Positions 10,201-19,226 of a stretch of DNA of 64,000 bases are shown piece by piece. This stretch comes from Candidatus Binatia bacterium (GTDB taxonomy: Bacteria > Desulfobacterota > Binatia > DP-6). The stretch covers positions 1,323 to 65,322 of the forward strand of contig DASYLJ010000167.1 in assembly GCA_036009625.1 (NCBI GenBank), read 5' to 3'. Position 1 is the first letter of the stretch; each line of letters starts with the position of its first letter. The notes under the pieces are model-generated. The model ran no database searches. It was not told the origin of the DNA and saw nothing but the letters and a program-made list of their open reading frames with translations. The position numbers and the translations under genes are program-made.

Positions 10201-10712
10201 GACGCCACCGTCGCCGGACGCTCGGGGCCGCGGGCCGGCTCCGTGCGCAACGGACTGAGGAAGGTCTGCGCACGGTGGTCGTAGAACGTCATCGTCGACA
10301 GCGGTGGCGCGTAGACGTGGATGCTGGTCGCCGGTCGCTCGGCGTCGTTGTGCACGTCGTGGACGTGGCCGGGCGTCAGCGTGTGCATCGTGCCCGTGGT
10401 CCATCGTCGCCGGCGCAGCGCCGGCCGCGCATGCAGGTCGGTGTAATGCTCGACCAGCTCGCCGTCCAATGCCAGGACGACCGCGGCCGAGTCGCCGTGG
10501 TCGTGCAGCTCGATGCCGCGGGTCGCGGGCCAGGTGAGCAACCAGGCCTCCAGATCCGCGGTGCGGTAGAGCTGGACGAACCAGCGTTCGTGGGGGTCGT
10601 AGCGTGCGATGTGACGCCAGCGCTCGACGCGTCCAGCGATGGCGCGCGCCATCACCTGTAGGTCGACGATGCCGAGTCGTCGATCGTCGGGAAGATCGGG
10701 AATGTGGAGCAT
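10197..10712 (-). CDS. cysteine dioxygenase-like cupin
   Basis: RWFVQLYRTADLEAWLLTWPATRGIELHDHGDSAAVVLALDGEL fits the bacterial type I CDO pattern. Start chosen at MLHIPDL (10712); the longer ORF to 10865 runs through a hairpin-containing leader. Confidence 0.7.
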   Translation of the reverse strand: MLHIPDLPDDRRLGIVDLQVMARAIAGRVERWRHIARYDPHERWFVQLYRTADLEAWLLTWPATRGIELHDHGDSAAVVLALDGELVEHYTDLHARPALRRRRWTTGTMHTLTPGHVHDVHNDAERPATSIHVYAPPLSTMTFYDHRAQTFLSPLRTEPARGPERPATVAS

Positions 10713-10897
10713 GGAATCCCTCGTGAGGTCGGTTCGGCGAGGGGTGCGCAGCGCCAGAAACGACGAAGCCCACCAACCTCGCGGTGGTGGGCCGTGTGCG
10801 CGGAGCCGCTGCGATCTCAGTCGATCGCGGGCGGGCGACAGCCCATCCACCGCGATCGGCAACACACGACGCTGCGCAGCTCGAGAAGCACGCGGCG

Positions 10898-10926
10898 ACC
10901 GTAAGAGAGGAGCGGCCGTCTGTCAA
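10898..10926 (-). promoter_or_regulatory. candidate sigma-70-type promoter for the CDO-rhodanese pair
   Basis: On the minus strand, TTGACA (10926-10921), a 17-nt spacer, then TACGGT (10903-10898). The implied leader of about 180 nt is long. Confidence 0.3.
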
Positions 10927-11064
10927 TGCAAAAATCCGGCGCGACAGGACGATCGGGGCCGACGCCCCCGCACGCGCCATGTCACGTGGTGTGACGTAAC
11001 CCTGGTCGCGCCCGCCTGTTGCGACGGAAGCCGCACCCTTCGGTGCGGATGGAGGGTGTACTCG

Positions 11065-13272
11065 ATGCTCCGGATCCGGTTGCTCCCAGCACTCCTGCTG
11101 TTCATGACGACCTTCGGTGGCCCAGGGATCGCCGCCGCTCAGGAAGAGCGCGCCGAAGGACCGACGCCGCCCCGCCTCGCCACCATGGACGGCGACGTGT
11201 CGTTCTGGCGGCCGGGCGCGGACGACTGGGCCCCGGCTCAGGTGAACACCGCGCTCGCCGCGGGCGACCGTCTCTACACCGGGTCCGGCGGCGCGGTTGG
11301 ACTCGAGCTCGCACAGCGCGCGTGGGTGCGGGTCGATGCCGATACCGAGATCAGCCTCGCGTCGCTCGAGACGGGCTACCTGCAGCTGGAGCTGACGTCG
11401 GGCCGTGCGGCGCTCGATCTCCAGCGCCTGCCGGCGGGCCAGCGCGTCGAGGTCGACACCCCGAACGGGGCGTTCATGATCGATCGCGCCGGCTACTACC
11501 GCGTCGACGTTGCCGACGACACCACGTTCACGGTGCGACGCGGCGGCGAGGCCACCGTCGTCCCCGCCGGCGGCGACGATACTGCGGTGCGTGACGGCGA
11601 GCAGGTCGTCCTCACCGGGACGGATACGGCCACGCTTGCCAGCCGTCGCGCGCCGTCACCCGATGGCTTCGACCAGGTGAACGAGCAGCGCGTCGCGGCG
11701 CGCCCCGCGCAGGCGCGCAGCGCGCAGTACGTGGCGCCCGACGTCGCCGGTGCCGCCGAGCTCGACGATCACGGCGACTGGCGGGCGACCGCCGACTACG
11801 GCCAGGTGTGGGTGCCGCGTGATACCGGCCCCGACTGGGCGCCCTACACGACCGGTCGCTGGGTCTACGATCCGTACTATGCCTGGACGTGGGTCGACGA
11901 CGCGCCATGGGGCTGGGCGCCGTACCACTACGGTCGCTGGGTCTATGCCGACTCCTACTGGGGTTGGGCGCCCGGACCGATCATCGCGCAGCCGATCTAC
12001 GCGCCCGCACTGGTCGGATTCCTGGACGCCCCCGGGGTGAGCCTCTCGTTCAACGTCGGCGTCCCATTCGTCAGCTGGGTCGCGCTCGGGTGGGGTGAGC
12101 CCTGTCTGCCGTGGTGGGGGCCGCGTGGATTCCGCTCGCGGCCGTGGTGGGGCGGCTGGCACGGCCCGCGCTACGTCAACAATCACCACATCGACAACCG
12201 TCGCATCGTCAACGGTCGCGACATCGGCCGCTACCGGAACTTCGATGCACGCAACGGCGTCGTCGGCGCCCGTCGCGACCAGTTCGGCCGGGGTCGGAAC
12301 AACGTTCGCCTGACTCGCAACGACATCGACCATCTGCAGCCGATCCGTGGCACGCTCGGCCTGAAACCGACGTCGGCGAGCCTGGTGGCGCGCGAAGGCC
12401 GCGGGCAGCGCTCGCCGGATCGCGTGCGCAACCGCGGTGTCGTGGCCACGCGTGCGCCGCAGGATCCATCGCGTCGCCTCGAACGCGCCGGGCTGGCAGC
12501 GCCGAAGGAGCGCGGACCGCAGGCACGCATCGTGCCGCCGGGGACCCTCACGGCGCAGCGGGACCGTGCGGGAAACCAGGGCGCGCGCAACGACGGTCGC
12601 AATCGCCAGCAGCGTCTCGGCGGTGCACCGCCACCCCCGCGCGCTGCCCGGCGCGAGCAGGCCGACCTGTTCGGACGGCCGCGTGGGCAGAGCGACGACC
12701 CGGCGGTGCAGACGCGCCGGGACGTGCCGCAGCGCGAACATCGCGCGAACGGCATCTTGGATACGCGCCGTGCGAGCCGCGGGACGGAGCCACGGGGCGA
12801 CGCCCAGGTGCCGCCGCGGATCGATCGCACGCCGCCGCAGCGCACCGCGCCACGACGGCAGGCGTCGCAGCCGCCGCAGCAACGCGTCGAACGACAGCAA
12901 CCGCAGCAGCAGCGCGCGGAGCGGTGGCAGCCGCCGCAGCAGCGCGCGGAGCGCCGCCAGACACCGCCACCGCGCGTCGAGCGACAGCAGCGTGCACCCG
13001 AGGGCTACGCGCCGCGGCGGGCCGACGGGACGTACCGCGCGCCCCAGCAACGCGCCGAGCGGTCGTACGCGCCGCCGCAACAGCGAGCCGATCGCGCCTA
13101 CTCATCGGGAGGCGCCCAGGTCCGACGCGGGGGTGCCGAGCCGCCGCGTGCATCGGCGATGCGTCCGGAGATGCGCTGTCAGCCGCTGGGGGGTGGTGGC
13201 CGCGGCGGCAACGGAGGCGGCGACGGCGCGCGGCGCGGACAGCGCGACGGCGGTCGCCAGCGCGAAGGGTAG
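11065..13272 (+). CDS. secreted FecR-like / W-Y-G-rich (DUF6600-like) protein with basic repeat tail
   Basis: Signal peptide MLRIRLLPALLLFMTTFGGPGIAAA. FecR-like beta region is GDVSFWRPGADDWAPAQVNTALAAGDRLYTG. The aromatic region is WVYDPYYAWTWVDDAPWGWAPYHYGRWVYADSYWGWAPG. The tail is long and Arg/Gln/Pro-rich. Confidence 0.75.
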   Translation: MLRIRLLPALLLFMTTFGGPGIAAAQEERAEGPTPPRLATMDGDVSFWRPGADDWAPAQVNTALAAGDRLYTGSGGAVGLELAQRAWVRVDADTEISLASLETGYLQLELTSGRAALDLQRLPAGQRVEVDTPNGAFMIDRAGYYRVDVADDTTFTVRRGGEATVVPAGGDDTAVRDGEQVVLTGTDTATLASRRAPSPDGFDQVNEQRVAARPAQARSAQYVAPDVAGAAELDDHGDWRATADYGQVWVPRDTGPDWAPYTTGRWVYDPYYAWTWVDDAPWGWAPYHYGRWVYADSYWGWAPGPIIAQPIYAPALVGFLDAPGVSLSFNVGVPFVSWVALGWGEPCLPWWGPRGFRSRPWWGGWHGPRYVNNHHIDNRRIVNGRDIGRYRNFDARNGVVGARRDQFGRGRNNVRLTRNDIDHLQPIRGTLGLKPTSASLVAREGRGQRSPDRVRNRGVVATRAPQDPSRRLERAGLAAPKERGPQARIVPPGTLTAQRDRAGNQGARNDGRNRQQRLGGAPPPPRAARREQADLFGRPRGQSDDPAVQTRRDVPQREHRANGILDTRRASRGTEPRGDAQVPPRIDRTPPQRTAPRRQASQPPQQRVERQQPQQQRAERWQPPQQRAERRQTPPPRVERQQRAPEGYAPRRADGTYRAPQQRAERSYAPPQQRADRAYSSGGAQVRRGGAEPPRASAMRPEMRCQPLGGGGRGGNGGGDGARRGQRDGGRQREG
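12871..13100 (+). repeat. degenerate in-frame tandem repeats encoding PQQRAER-type units
   Basis: PQQRVERQQPQQQRAERWQPPQQRAERRQTPPPRVERQQ...APQQRAERSYAPPQQRADRAY. The underlying DNA repeats CCGCAGCAGCGCGCGGAGCG-like units. Confidence 0.6.
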
Positions 13273-13292
13273 GGCGATGCCGGCCGCGTCGC

Positions 13293-14111
13293 TCAGGGCT
13301 CGCGACGCGGCCGGTGATTCGGAATCAGCCCGCCCGTGATGCCGCTCATGAGCTCGATCGCCTGCCGTCGCGTCATCCGTGAGAGCATCTCCGCACCCAT
13401 GCGGTTCATCTCTCCGGGGACGACGTGTGGCTCGACGCCGAGGGTGGCCAGCGCCTCACGCACGACGTCGGCGGGATCCATCACCGGGAGGTCGGTACCG
13501 CCGCCGTCGCTCGGCTGCGACGACAGCCAACCGGGCGTGCGGGTCGAGCCGGGTTGCACCGACAGGACGTCGACGCCGTGCGGCTGCAGCTCGACCCAGA
13601 GCGCGTCTGCCAGGACCAGGTCGAACGCCTTGGTGGCGGCATAGGCGGAGAGCTGCGCCGAGCCGAAGTTGGCGGAGAGCGAGGACATGAGCACGATGCC
13701 GCCGCGCCCACGCGCCACCATGGCCGGCGCGAGGGCGCGGGCGAGCATCAGCGGTGCGCGGCAGTTGACGTCGAGGATGGCCTGCAGGTGCGCGGGCGGC
13801 AGCTCGAGAAACGGCGCCACCGTGCCGAGGGCGGCGTTGTAGATGAGCAGTCCGATCTCGCGCCGTTCGAGGGCAAGCGTCTCGACGAGGTCGCCGCGCG
13901 CCAGATCGATCGTGATCGGATCGACGGTGACGCCGTGCTCAGCGGCGATCGCCGAAGCCGTCTCGCGTAGGACGTCGCCGTCGCGGTCGAGTAGGACGAG
14001 GTCGATGCCGAAAGCGGCAACCTGTCTGGCGTACTCTGCCCCAAGACCGACGGCCGCACCCGCTATCAGCGCACAGGGACCGTACTTCGAACGGAACGAC
14101 GCATCCGACAT
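13293..14111 (-). CDS. short-chain dehydrogenase/reductase (SDR)
   Basis: Start MSDASFRSKYGPCALIAGAAVGLG (glycine-rich NAD(P) motif), then NAALG and the catalytic YAATKAF. Confidence 0.85.
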   Translation of the reverse strand: MSDASFRSKYGPCALIAGAAVGLGAEYARQVAAFGIDLVLLDRDGDVLRETASAIAAEHGVTVDPITIDLARGDLVETLALERREIGLLIYNAALGTVAPFLELPPAHLQAILDVNCRAPLMLARALAPAMVARGRGGIVLMSSLSANFGSAQLSAYAATKAFDLVLADALWVELQPHGVDVLSVQPGSTRTPGWLSSQPSDGGGTDLPVMDPADVVREALATLGVEPHVVPGEMNRMGAEMLSRMTRRQAIELMSGITGGLIPNHRPRREP

Positions 14112-14217
14112 GGGGTGCGAACCTATCCGAACAACCGCATGGGCCTCCAGCGAAAACAAAAGTTCATGTTTGAACCCGAATGGGGATGGCGGCAAAATTC
14201 GCCTACGCTATAGGTAA

Positions 14218-14241
14218 GGATTACCGGCTTGCCGGAAATCC
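14218..14241. promoter_or_regulatory. 11-bp imperfect inverted repeat in the divergent intergenic region (operator or leader hairpin candidate)
   Basis: GGATTACCGGC tt GCCGGAAATCC, 10 of 11 positions complementary. It sits 24 nt upstream of the GTG at 14265. Confidence 0.3.
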
Positions 14242-14264
14242 AACCCCACGATGGAGGTGTCTGA

Positions 14265-15185
14265 GTGAGGTATGCGCTTGCCGTCGCCATGATGGCGACA
14301 CTGCCCCTGATCGGTTTCGCTGCACCGGTTCCGCCCCCTGCGACCCCTGGAGCGTTCATCGACGTCGACAACAACGGCGTCTGGACCTCGGGTGACCTCC
14401 CCCTCGCCAACTTCACCGGCACGGGATCGGTCGGCTTCAATGCCTTCGCGACGCAGCCCGGATGGAAGCCCGTCACGCGACCCGTAGGCCTGGTGGTGCT
14501 CACCCCGCTGACGCTCAACGCCGACTTCGTGCAGCAGTTCATCGTCAGCGGCGACATTCGCATCATGGCAGACGTCAAGGTCTCGCAGGCCGACACGTTC
14601 GTCAGCTTCTCCACGATCGGTGGCAACATCACGATCGGTCCGAAGGTGTCCGTGTCGGGTAACGGCGACATGGACTTCCAGACGTTCAACGGCGGCGACA
14701 TCAGCGTCGGGGACGGGGCGAGCTTCACCACCCGCGGCGAGTTCAACACCGTGAGCCTCGACGCTGACGGCGTCATGACCCTCGGTTCCAAGCTGGCGTT
14801 CCAGCTGGCCGGCACCGGCTACAACGCCATCAACATCCATGCCCACGATGCGATCACGATCGGGCCGGGCATGACGACGCGCATCCCGAACCACGGCTAC
14901 TTCGATCTGCTCTGCAACTGCGACGTCACGCTGCCGAAGGCGAACTTTCGATCGGGCTACATCCGCATCGAGGGCTACTCGTCGGCGCGGCATCCCGAGG
15001 CCAAGCACGTGCGCGTGACCGACTCGACCCTCACCCAGACGTACAAGAACGGCGACTTCCGGATCATCGCGGGCGCCGACGTGCGGACGTCCCGATACGC
15101 GCCCGACGGGTTGATCCTCGAGAAGACGAAGATCTCCACGAAGAGCCTGCAGCCGCTGTACCTGCCCGACCCCATCGTCCGCTGA
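14265..15185 (+). CDS. secreted hypothetical protein, probable beta-solenoid
   Basis: Signal peptide MRYALAVAMMATLPLIGFAAP. Repetitive G/N/D/T-rich short strands such as GGNITIGPKVSVSGNGDMDFQTFNGGDISVGDGASFTT. GGAGG lies before the GTG. GC is visibly lower than in the neighbours. Confidence 0.6.
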   Translation: MRYALAVAMMATLPLIGFAAPVPPPATPGAFIDVDNNGVWTSGDLPLANFTGTGSVGFNAFATQPGWKPVTRPVGLVVLTPLTLNADFVQQFIVSGDIRIMADVKVSQADTFVSFSTIGGNITIGPKVSVSGNGDMDFQTFNGGDISVGDGASFTTRGEFNTVSLDADGVMTLGSKLAFQLAGTGYNAINIHAHDAITIGPGMTTRIPNHGYFDLLCNCDVTLPKANFRSGYIRIEGYSSARHPEAKHVRVTDSTLTQTYKNGDFRIIAGADVRTSRYAPDGLILEKTKISTKSLQPLYLPDPIVR

Positions 15186-15198
15186 CGCATCGTCGCGG

Positions 15199-15221
15199 GT
15201 GGGGGCCCTGGCGGCCCCCAC
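15199..15221 (+). terminator. GC-rich hairpin terminator candidate
   Basis: GTGGGGGCC ctggc GGCCCCCAC (9-bp stem), 14 nt after the stop at 15185, followed by a T-containing tract cTTcgcggcTTTcc. Confidence 0.55.
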
Positions 15222-15322
15222 TTCGCGGCTTTCCCCCCAGGAAGCAAGGGAGATGACGCACTAGCTCTCCCTTGACGTGTACGGGCTCGCCGTCGGATGG
15301 TACGCGCGACGGTGTTCCCTGC

Positions 15323-16378
15323 ATGTCCCAGTCCCTGCTGATCTACGGCGCCACCGGCCATACGGGGCGCCTCCTGGCCCGCGAAGCCGTTCGCCGCGGT
15401 CTCCGTCCGGTGCTCGCCGGACGTGACGCCGCCAAGGTGTCGGCCCTGGCATCGAGCCTCGGCTGCGAGGCGCGCGTCACGGCCCTCACCGATGCGGCCG
15501 GCCTGGCGAACGCCCTGCGCGACGTGGGCGTCGTGCTCCACGCCGCCGGACCGTTCTCGCGGACCGCCGCCCCGATGGCGGCCGCGTGTCTCGCGGCCGG
15601 GGTGCATTACCTCGACCTCACGGGCGAGATCGCGGTGTTCGCCGCGCTGAGCGTGCTCGATCGCGAGGCGCGCCGCCGGGGCATCATGGTGATGCCCGGC
15701 GTCGGGTTCGACGTCGTGCCGTCCGACTGCCTGGCGGCCCACGTCGCGCGCCGGCTGCCCGGTGCCACCCGACTGGCACTCGGCCTGCGCGGATTCGGGG
15801 CCGCCACCCGGGGATCGACGCAGACGCTCATCGAGCACGCCGGGCGCGACGTCCGCATCCGGCGGGACGGCGCGCTGGTGCCGATCGCCCCGGGCACGCT
15901 CGAGCGTCGGTTCGACTACGGCGTCGGTCCACGCGCCAGCGTCAACGTCGGCTGGGGCGACGTGTTCTCGTCCTGGTACACGACCGGCATCCCGAACGTG
16001 GAGACGTACGTCGAGGCCACACCGGCGATCCGGCTGCTGCTCGGCGCGAATCGCTGGCTCGCCCCGGTGTGGCGGTCGCCGTCGTGGCAGACGGTGGCGC
16101 AGAGCTGGGCCAGCCTGCTCCCCGACGGGGCCATGCCGCTCGGCGGCACGTCCGAGGGCATGACGATCGTGGCGGAGGCGGAGGACGACGCCGGGCATCG
16201 CGTGCGGGCGCGGCTACGGACGCCGGAGGCCTACGCCTTCAGCGGCGCGGTCGGCGTCGCCATCGCGGAACGCGTGCTCGCCGGCGACGTCGAGCCCGGC
16301 TACCAGACGCCGGGCCGCGTGTACGGCCCGGACTTCGTGCTGCGCTTCGCCGGCGTCGTGCGCGAGGACCTCCCGTGA
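15323..16378 (+). CDS. saccharopine dehydrogenase-like NAD(P)-binding reductase
   Basis: MSQSLLIYGATGHTGRLLAREA Rossmann motif, HYLDLTGE and GVGFDVVPSDCLA. This pattern fits the trans-acting enoyl reductase-like family. Confidence 0.8.
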   Translation: MSQSLLIYGATGHTGRLLAREAVRRGLRPVLAGRDAAKVSALASSLGCEARVTALTDAAGLANALRDVGVVLHAAGPFSRTAAPMAAACLAAGVHYLDLTGEIAVFAALSVLDREARRRGIMVMPGVGFDVVPSDCLAAHVARRLPGATRLALGLRGFGAATRGSTQTLIEHAGRDVRIRRDGALVPIAPGTLERRFDYGVGPRASVNVGWGDVFSSWYTTGIPNVETYVEATPAIRLLLGANRWLAPVWRSPSWQTVAQSWASLLPDGAMPLGGTSEGMTIVAEAEDDAGHRVRARLRTPEAYAFSGAVGVAIAERVLAGDVEPGYQTPGRVYGPDFVLRFAGVVREDLP

Positions 16379-18504
16379 CCGACGACGATCGACCATTGCG
16401 CGTCGCCGTCGTCGGCGGCGGGTGTGCCGCGCTGTCGGCCGCCTTCGAGCTGACGCAGCCGGAGCAGCAGGGCCGATACGAGGTCACCGTCTACCAGGTG
16501 GGATGGCGACTCGGCGGCAAGGGCGCCTCGGGACGCGGACCGGCAGGACGGATCGAGGAGCACGGCCTGCACGTCTGGATGGGTTTCTACGAGAACGCGT
16601 TCCGTTTGATGCGTGCGTGTTACGGCGCGCTCGGTCGCGATCGCGCCCGCGTGCCGCTGGCCGACTGGCGGGACGCGTTCGTGCCCGCGCCGTTGATCGC
16701 CGTCACCGAGCGGGGGCCGGGCGATGGCTGGCTGCCGTGGATGGCCGCACTGCCGCCCGCCGAAGGGCTGCCGGGCGATCCGCTGCCGCCGGGCGCGCGA
16801 CCGTGGAGCATGCTCGGCTACGTCCGTCGCATGGCAGGGCTGCTGCAGGCGGTGTTCGCGTCGCTCGATTCGGGACGTGAGCCCGCGGCCGCGAGCGCGC
16901 CGGCGCCTGACGCGATGCTCGCCCAGCTGACGCGGTGGCTGCGCTTCGGCGAGCTCGCCACGCTGGCGGGGTTGTCGCAGGCGGCCGGCGTGCTCGACGG
17001 CATGCTCGGCGCCTCGCCGCGTCTCACCGACGGACTGGTGTCGAGCTTCGTCGACGCGCTCGCGGCGAACGCGCGCGCGCAGCTCGAAGCCCGCGCCGGC
17101 GACGACCCCGAGCTGCGCCGGCTCTGGACCGTCGTCGATCTCACGCTGGCGACGATGCGTGGCATCGTCGCCTTCGGGCTCCTCACCGACGCGCGCGGCC
17201 TCGACGCCATCGATCAGTACGATTGCCGCGAATGGCTCCTCCTGAACGGCGCGTCGCGCACCGCCGTCGACTCGGCATACATGCGCGGCCTCTACGACCT
17301 GGGTTTCTCCTACGAGGACGGCGATCCCGCACGCCCGCGCATCGCCGCCGGGCAGGCGCTGCGCGGGCTCCTGCGCATGATGTTCACCTATCGCGGCGCG
17401 TTCTTCTGGAAGATGCAGGCCGGCATGGGCGACGTCGTGTTCTCGCCGCTCTACGAGGTGCTGCGTGCGCGCGGCGTGCGCTTCCGCTTCTTCCATCGTC
17501 TGGAGCAGGTGCGTCTCGCGGAGCGGTTGCTGCCGGGCGACACGCCCCACGTGGCGGCGCTCGAGTTCGACCTCCAGGCGCAGGTTGCGCGCGACAGGTA
17601 CGAGCCGTTGGTCGACGTGCGTGGGTTACCCTGCTGGCCAGCTGGGCCCGACTGGGCACAGCTCGTCGATGGCGAGTTGCTGCGGAGCGAGGGACGCTGC
17701 TTCGAGTCGCACTGGGACCGCCGGCGCGTCGCCACGACCACGCTGCGGGTCGGACACGATTTCGATTTCGTCGTGCTCGGCACCGGCATCGGCGAGATCC
17801 CGCGCGTCGCTCACGAGCTCGTCGCCCGCGACGCGCGCTGGCGCGCGATGGTCGATCACGTGCGCACGGTCGCGACGCAGGCGTTCCAGGTCTGGCTCGC
17901 GCCCGACATGGCCGCGCTGGGATGGCCCCACCCCAACGTCACCCTGTCGGGTTTCGTCGAGCCCTTCGACACCTGGGCCGACATGACGCACCTCGTGCCG
18001 CTCGAGGCGTGGCCGGCACCGCCGGGGAGCATCGGCTACTTCTGCAGCGTGCTCCCCGAGCTAGCGGGGGTCGCATCGACCGATCCCGCCTATCCGCTGC
18101 GCCAGCGCGAGCGCGTACACGAGAACGCGCTCGCGTTCCTCCGCCGCGACGTGCGCCACCTCTGGCCGGCGGCGATCGGTAGCGACGGGGAGTTTCGCTG
18201 GGACCTCCTCGTGGTGCCGCCGGGAACCAGCGTACCGCCGACCGCCGAGCGCTTCGCGAGTCAGTTCTGGACCGCGAACGTCAATCCGTCCGATCGCTAT
18301 ACGCTGACGCTGCCCGGCAGCAGCGCTTACCGCATCTCGCCCCTCGACACGACGTGGGACAACTTCACCGTCTGCGGCGACTGGACCGACTGCGGCTTCA
18401 ATGCCGGCTGCGTCGAAGCGGCGGTCATGTCCGGCCGGCTCGCGGCCCACGCCATCTCCCGATTGCCGGCGCTCGAGGACATCGTCGGCTTCGACCACCC
18501 GTAG
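16375..18504 (+). CDS. large NAD(P)/FAD-dependent oxidoreductase (amine oxidase / phytoene desaturase fold)
   Basis: GTG at 16375 overlaps the upstream stop (GTGA). Dinucleotide motif is RVAVVGGGCAALSAAFEL. EEHGLHVWMGFYENAF follows. The C-terminal flavin motif is CGDWTDCGFNAGCVEAAVMSGRLAA. Length 709 aa. Confidence 0.8.
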   Translation: MTDDDRPLRVAVVGGGCAALSAAFELTQPEQQGRYEVTVYQVGWRLGGKGASGRGPAGRIEEHGLHVWMGFYENAFRLMRACYGALGRDRARVPLADWRDAFVPAPLIAVTERGPGDGWLPWMAALPPAEGLPGDPLPPGARPWSMLGYVRRMAGLLQAVFASLDSGREPAAASAPAPDAMLAQLTRWLRFGELATLAGLSQAAGVLDGMLGASPRLTDGLVSSFVDALAANARAQLEARAGDDPELRRLWTVVDLTLATMRGIVAFGLLTDARGLDAIDQYDCREWLLLNGASRTAVDSAYMRGLYDLGFSYEDGDPARPRIAAGQALRGLLRMMFTYRGAFFWKMQAGMGDVVFSPLYEVLRARGVRFRFFHRLEQVRLAERLLPGDTPHVAALEFDLQAQVARDRYEPLVDVRGLPCWPAGPDWAQLVDGELLRSEGRCFESHWDRRRVATTTLRVGHDFDFVVLGTGIGEIPRVAHELVARDARWRAMVDHVRTVATQAFQVWLAPDMAALGWPHPNVTLSGFVEPFDTWADMTHLVPLEAWPAPPGSIGYFCSVLPELAGVASTDPAYPLRQRERVHENALAFLRRDVRHLWPAAIGSDGEFRWDLLVVPPGTSVPPTAERFASQFWTANVNPSDRYTLTLPGSSAYRISPLDTTWDNFTVCGDWTDCGFNAGCVEAAVMSGRLAAHAISRLPALEDIVGFDHP

Positions 18505-18515
18505 GACACGCGCAC

Positions 18516-19226
18516 ATGAACCGACCACGACGGCCAACCCTCCCTCGCACGACGCCGGTTCGCACCTGGACGTCGTTGTTCGGCGCACCGAAGCCCCCCG
18601 CGACCGATGGGACGCCCTTACCCGACGACGATGACCCGGCGGCGCTCGGTACGGTGATCCAACGCTCGGTGGAGCTCGCCTACCGGGTCGTCGACGACTA
18701 TCTGCAGCAGGGGCAACGCGCCGCCGAGCGCATCGCCGGTCGGTCGTACGGGCCCGACGCGTGGGTGACGGACGCGCAGGACGTCTCGGCGCGCTTCGCA
18801 CGCTACGCCTCCGACGCGATGGGCCTCTGGCTCGATGCGCTCGACGGTGTGCGCGACGGTCGCACGCCCGCGCCCGCGCCGGCGCCGTCCGGCGCCGCGA
18901 CGAACGGCGCCGTGCCGCCATCGCCCCCCACGAGCGGGTCGTGGCTCGTCATCGAGGTGCAGGCGACGCAGTCGGCCGCGGTGACCCTCGATCTGCGCGC
19001 GGGCGTCGCCGCGGGCACCGTCGTCGTGCACGCGTTGCGCGACGTCGAGGTCGAGAAGCCGCCGCTGCGCGACGTCGTCGTCGAGCCGGCCGTCGGTGAC
19101 GGTCCGGTGCGCGTGTGCGTGCGGGTTCCGGCCGGGCAGCCGGCGGGCACCTACCACGGTCTCATCGTCGACGACGAGACCAATCGCCCGGTCGGCAGCG
19201 TCAGCGTGCGGCTCCTCGATGCCTGA
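18516..19226 (+). CDS. hypothetical protein P1 (helical N-half, beta-rich C-half)
   Basis: 236 aa, starting 11 nt after the oxidoreductase stop, with its 3' end overlapping the next gene by 8 nt. Motifs are AMGLWLDALD and PAGTYHGLIVDDETNRPVGSVSVRLL. No family recognised. Confidence 0.6.
   Translation: MNRPRRPTLPRTTPVRTWTSLFGAPKPPATDGTPLPDDDDPAALGTVIQRSVELAYRVVDDYLQQGQRAAERIAGRSYGPDAWVTDAQDVSARFARYASDAMGLWLDALDGVRDGRTPAPAPAPSGAATNGAVPPSPPTSGSWLVIEVQATQSAAVTLDLRAGVAAGTVVVHALRDVEVEKPPLRDVVVEPAVGDGPVRVCVRVPAGQPAGTYHGLIVDDETNRPVGSVSVRLLDA

Noticed and set aside
10713-10865. N-terminal extension of the CDO ORF to 10865
   Set aside because: The extension (..GPPPRGWWASSFLALRTPRR..) runs through a hairpin (GCCCACCA..TGGTGGGC) and has no CDO-like sequence. 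MLHIPDL at 10712 gives a typical length.
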